Shown here in pieces: positions 59,749 through 64,000 of a stretch of DNA of 64,000 nucleotides. Location: NCBI GenBank assembly GCA_021613535.1, contig CP075497.1:11222001-11286000 (forward strand). Reading direction: 5' to 3'. Numbering within the stretch: position 1 is the first letter of the stretch; each line of letters opens with the position of its first letter. This DNA is from Adineta vaga (lineage: Eukaryota; Animalia; Rotifera). The translations under genes were made by a program, and so were the position numbers. The notes beneath the pieces were generated by a model. That model saw nothing but the letters and a program-made list of their open reading frames with translations, was not told where the DNA came from and did no database searches.

Positions 59749-60306
59749 AATCCTCTTCTCGTTGTTATTTTCTTTTTCTACTCGGTTATGCATGTAGTTT
59801 TGATTTGAAATAACATGTAGCGCTTAATAAAAAACACAAACAATGGTTTTTGCTGATGAAGAGAGATTTATTTTCAATGATTTGTCACAGATCTCACGAA
59901 GAAAATGTCAAAATACGGAGCTGACTGTGAAGAAAAGCATACGATATCGATTGACCTATACTCCAACTGTTTTCTTTTCTATCGAGGTGAAATACCCAGC
60001 TGTCGATGATTGAGAACAACGAACAAGATTATCTGTAAAAGATGAAATTTGATTTTATTTTTCTTTTTTCATAATTTAACAGTGTAAAAAAAATCATATA
60101 GTAAAAAGATTTCATTCGGGCACTTTGTTCAGTGAGATGTTTAAATGTGAAGAGGATTTGGTTAAATAGATAAAACTTATGGGTAAATAGAGAATAATGA
60201 AAAACAGAAAAAGAAAGAAACAAGCAAATCTAATCAATCTAAATTATAGCTATTGTTGTGTGAAGAAGAAAAAAACACGAATGAACAGAAGAGCAATTGC
60301 GTGAGT

Positions 60307-63300
60307 TTATTCATAATCAATAGTGCGATGAACCGATCGAGCACGGATTAATGTTGTTGTGACCATTTCAGCACGTTCTTCTGCATCTTCAAGCTCTCGT
60401 TCAAGTCGACGAGCGCGAGTTAAGACTAAAATGGAAAGTAAAATATCAAAGTTTTGGTTTATATTGAAATGTAGAGTTTACCTTGGGCAGCTGATGATTC
60501 GGCACTTTCAATTTGTGATTTATAAACACGCATTTTATCATTAACTTTACTTAATGAATCAGTAAGTGAAAGAACTTTTGTTTGTTCTTCATCAATTTGA
60601 GTTAATAAATCTTTCACACGTTTTTCATAACGACGTAGATCTTTAAGGAGTTCTTGATAACGAGCACGTTCTAATTCAAGTTCAGTTTCAAGTTGGGCAA
60701 CCTATCAACAAAATGTTTCCCTATTGTCTAGGAGATCGATATTTTCATTTTCGTCAAATACTTACACGTCCTTCATATTTAGCAGCAATACGTTTGCCTT
60801 CAGCACGAGCATAAGCTTCAGCTTCATCGATCTTAGCATTACATTCACGTAATTGTTGATCTAAAGAACGTTTTGAAGCTTCAGCTTCGGCAGCTTTTTC
60901 ACGTTCATGACGAATATCTTCGTCACGATGAATTAGTTCTGCGGCGAATTTTCGTGCCTAAATATACGGAAAAAAAGGTGACTTAACTTCGCATGTATTC
61001 TTCTCATATCTAACGGGGCAATCATTTCTCATAAATGATTCTTTTAGATGTAAACATATATGCAATGTTTTTGTAACCTCTGTCTATTCGATACTATTTC
61101 TCATTAATAAAAACTAAAAAATATTGATCGCGTCTCTGTGATACTGAGGAAATTTAGAAGAAAAAAGCTATGTAAGAAGACAAAACAAATTGTATTTTAC
61201 TCGTTCATCAACGATCTTCAATTCTTGTCGTATATCAGCAATTTCTCCTTGGTATTGTATAGCATCTGCTTCAAATTTCTTTCTTTCAGCAATAGTACGA
61301 TTAGCAAATGATATTGCTTCTGTTAGACGTTGTTCGGAATCATGTAATTCAAGCTCAGTTGTCTTACGAGCTTTATCACTCTAAGAAAAACAGAAAATTT
61401 TCATTCAAATGAAATCAAACATCGAAATGAAACATACACGATCGAGTAGGATACGAGTTTCTTCGATTTCACCACGAAGAATACCTAAATAGAAATAAAA
61501 GAATAGGATATGATTATAAGGAGGAGTTCAATCAAGCACCAACCATTTCGTTTATCTGCAGCTGCAAGTAAATCTCGTGTAGCTTCATGAAGTGCCTGTT
61601 CTTCCATAAATTGATCTTGTATATCTTTGAGATTACTTTGAAGTTTTTTCAATTGATTTTCTAAATCAGCTTTGATTTTTTTTATTGATTCAAAACGAAC
61701 ATGAAGTTCTTCAATTTCCGATTGATATTTCGTTTTCAAACGATTCATATCGGTCTTATAACGTGCTTCTAATTCTTCGATTTGAGATTGTAGTTGTTCA
61801 ATTTGTCGTCGATGACCAGAACTAAATTTATGAATGTAAATTTGAAGAAAAAAAAACAAAACAAATAATGTTCGTATTTTACCGAATTGTTTCAAGTTCT
61901 TCTTCTTTTTCTGCAACTTTCTTTTCTAAATCAGTACGAAGTCGTTCGACTGAACCATGTAAACTATTATATTTGCTTATTTCAATATGTATTTGTTCAC
62001 GATAGTCTTCAATCGTTGAATTTAATGATAATTTCTCAGCTTCAAGTTGTTTACGAAGACGATCCATTTCCACGATACGTGTATTCAAATCAGATATTTG
62101 ATTTAATTGAACATCCATTTCATCTAAACAAGATTTCGAAATTGTTAATACGAACGTTAATCGAATGTATTATCTATATGTAAGATGATCCAAAGATCTC
62201 ATAAAACGATAACTTTGTATATCGTTCGAGGTCAATTTTATTCTCATATATTAGTCATTAGGATAAAACCAATGTGTTTCCGTGAAGAATAGTCAACAAA
62301 CCTTGTAGACGACGTTTGTCACGTGTAATAATTTCAATTTGTTCAGCAAGTTGTTCATTTAAACTTTTTACTTTCACCAATTCACTTTGATAATTACGAT
62401 ATGCTTGTAAAGCTGATTCTAATTCAGCATTCAATTGATTTAAACGTTGTCGAGCATCATCAGCTTCCTTTTCTAATTGTTTATTACGACGGGTTGCTTC
62501 ATCAGCACGTTTACGTTGCTTAATGAAACAAATCACATAATGAAAAGGTTTTTTATTAATTGATTTTTATTTACTTTATCAAATTCATCAGCAATTTTAT
62601 CATATTCACTTTGAAGACGTTGTTTGATTTTTTCAAGATTACTTGCTTTGGCAAGAACATCAGTCAATTGCTCTTGAACTTCATTGATACGTGCATTAAA
62701 TCGACGTCTAGAGTAGCAAATAGAAAAGAATTGTTCGTTAAAAATCAATGATTATACCTTTGATCTTCAATTTCTTCGTTTTTAGATTCAAGTTCTTTTT
62801 CATAACGATCACGCACATGACGTGTCTCTTCTTGAATTTTAATTAATGCTTTTTGTAATTCAGTTTTTGCTTCTAATTCATCATCTAACTGTAATCTTGT
62901 TGATTCTAAATCCATTTGAAATGTTTTCACTGATGATTGTAATGTACGATTTGTCTAAAGACAAGAAAGAATATCTTCAATTGAAATGAAAATTTTTTAT
63001 TGAGTCTTACAGCCATTTCAGTTTCCAAATGAAGACGAGCTTCTTCAAGGTCACCTTGTGCTCGTCGATAATTTGTTTGTAATGTTGTTAATTCAAATTC
63101 TGCAGTTTCAAGTCGACGACTAAATACTAGATTTTCTTCCGCGAGACGAGATTTTGCTGTATTAGCATCCGTTAATTGACGAATAGCATCATCGATTTTA
63201 TTACTCATTTCAATTAATCGTGATTCAAGTTCTTTATTCATTGATACAGCTTGACTTTTTCCTTTGGCTAATGATTCAACTTCCATTTTCAATTCTTCAA

Positions 63301-63844
63301 TTTCGATGATAAATGTTTTACTTTCCTTGTCATGTCTAAAATAGAACAAATCAATCGAATTTTCAAGTAAAATGATACGATGAATATGAAAATATTGACC
63401 TGGCTTTTCCTTTACTTAAAGCTTCAACTTGACTGGTCAGATCAGAAACTGTATCCTGAAAACGACGACGAAATCCACTTTGCGTTTCATCATGTTCGGT
63501 TGATTGAAGTTCAAGTTTTTGACGTAAATCATGAATTTCCTGTTTTAAACTAAAGAAAATTTCCTATTGATTCCGGCTCTATTGGCTTAATCAAAATATT
63601 TTACCGTTTATTTGCGTCAACTTCTCGGTCACGAGCATTGGTTACTTCGTCAAATTGTTGTTCCAATTCATCGAAATCAATTCGTAAAGCTGTTAATTCT
63701 TTTTCTTGACGAAATCGTACATCACGTTCCGATTTCATTTCTTCTTCAATATCACGAAGACGAGTCTAAATCATTTGATTATTTTCATAATAACAAAACT
63801 ATTTCTTTCATTCGAAAACTTACAGCTAATATGGCTTCAGTCAT
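60307..63844 (-). CDS. Paramyosin (headless myosin-rod coiled coil), multi-exon
   Basis: Continuous heptad exons; N-terminal RLRDIEEEMKSERDVRFRQEKE, GKRIAAKYEGRVAQLETELELERAR, C-terminal RRLERELEDAEERAE...IRARSVHR. ATG at 63844 follows an acceptor, so an upstream exon is possible. No motor domain is present in the window. Confidence 0.88.
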
Positions 63845-64000
63845 CTTTGATTGTCTAAATAGAAATCAACAAATGTTACATAGAAAGAAAACAAGGACAA
63901 GGAGTTAAGAGTGATGACAATACATTCTTCTTGTAATGTGATGAGTTGTGATAAATAGAAAGATATACATTCACAAACGATTATCTCATCGCTGATCATC

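Noticed and set aside
60307-63844. Myosin heavy chain tail as an alternative call
   Set aside because: The rod begins and ends where paramyosin does, with an ATG exon at 63844 and no S2 or motor sequence in the window.

Overview
This is AT-rich eukaryotic (animal) genomic DNA using the standard genetic code, with many short GT-AG introns of about 46-65 nt. The intron size, codon style and expanded single-intron rhodopsin-like GPCR family suggest a bdelloid rotifer (inference, not proven). I can support about 21 protein-coding genes. In order: a truncated minus-strand first exon, CHCHD2/10-like, an orphan tail-anchored protein, a secreted cyclophilin, a three-gene GPCR cluster interrupted by a plectasin/tick-type GFGC defensin, a RING/TRAF-Zn protein with a duplicated Cys-rich module, a large-loop GPCR, PSMD13, ADH5, a HERC3/4-type ligase, a candidate 73-aa microprotein, an orphan single-pass membrane protein, a SAMD7/11-like protein, BIRC6, a 112-aa single-TM protein absent from the ORF track, SLX4, TAF7, WDR60/DYNC2I1, TMEM35/NACHO and paramyosin. 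The most interesting structure is the co-directional block BIRC6 > 112-aa gene > SLX4 > TAF7. Its junctions show AATAAA followed 40-95 nt later by a splice acceptor close to the next ATG, which looks like an operon resolved by SL trans-splicing. The 112-aa ORF has no internal AUG in any frame and stops 13 nt before SLX4, a leaky-scanning dicistronic signature. SLX4 carries an internal stop exon with poly(A) signals that could split it into a UBZ/MLR half and a SAP/SBD half. I recognised no tRNA, rRNA, CRISPR array or transposon. All gene models were spliced by eye, so boundaries may be off by a few nt.
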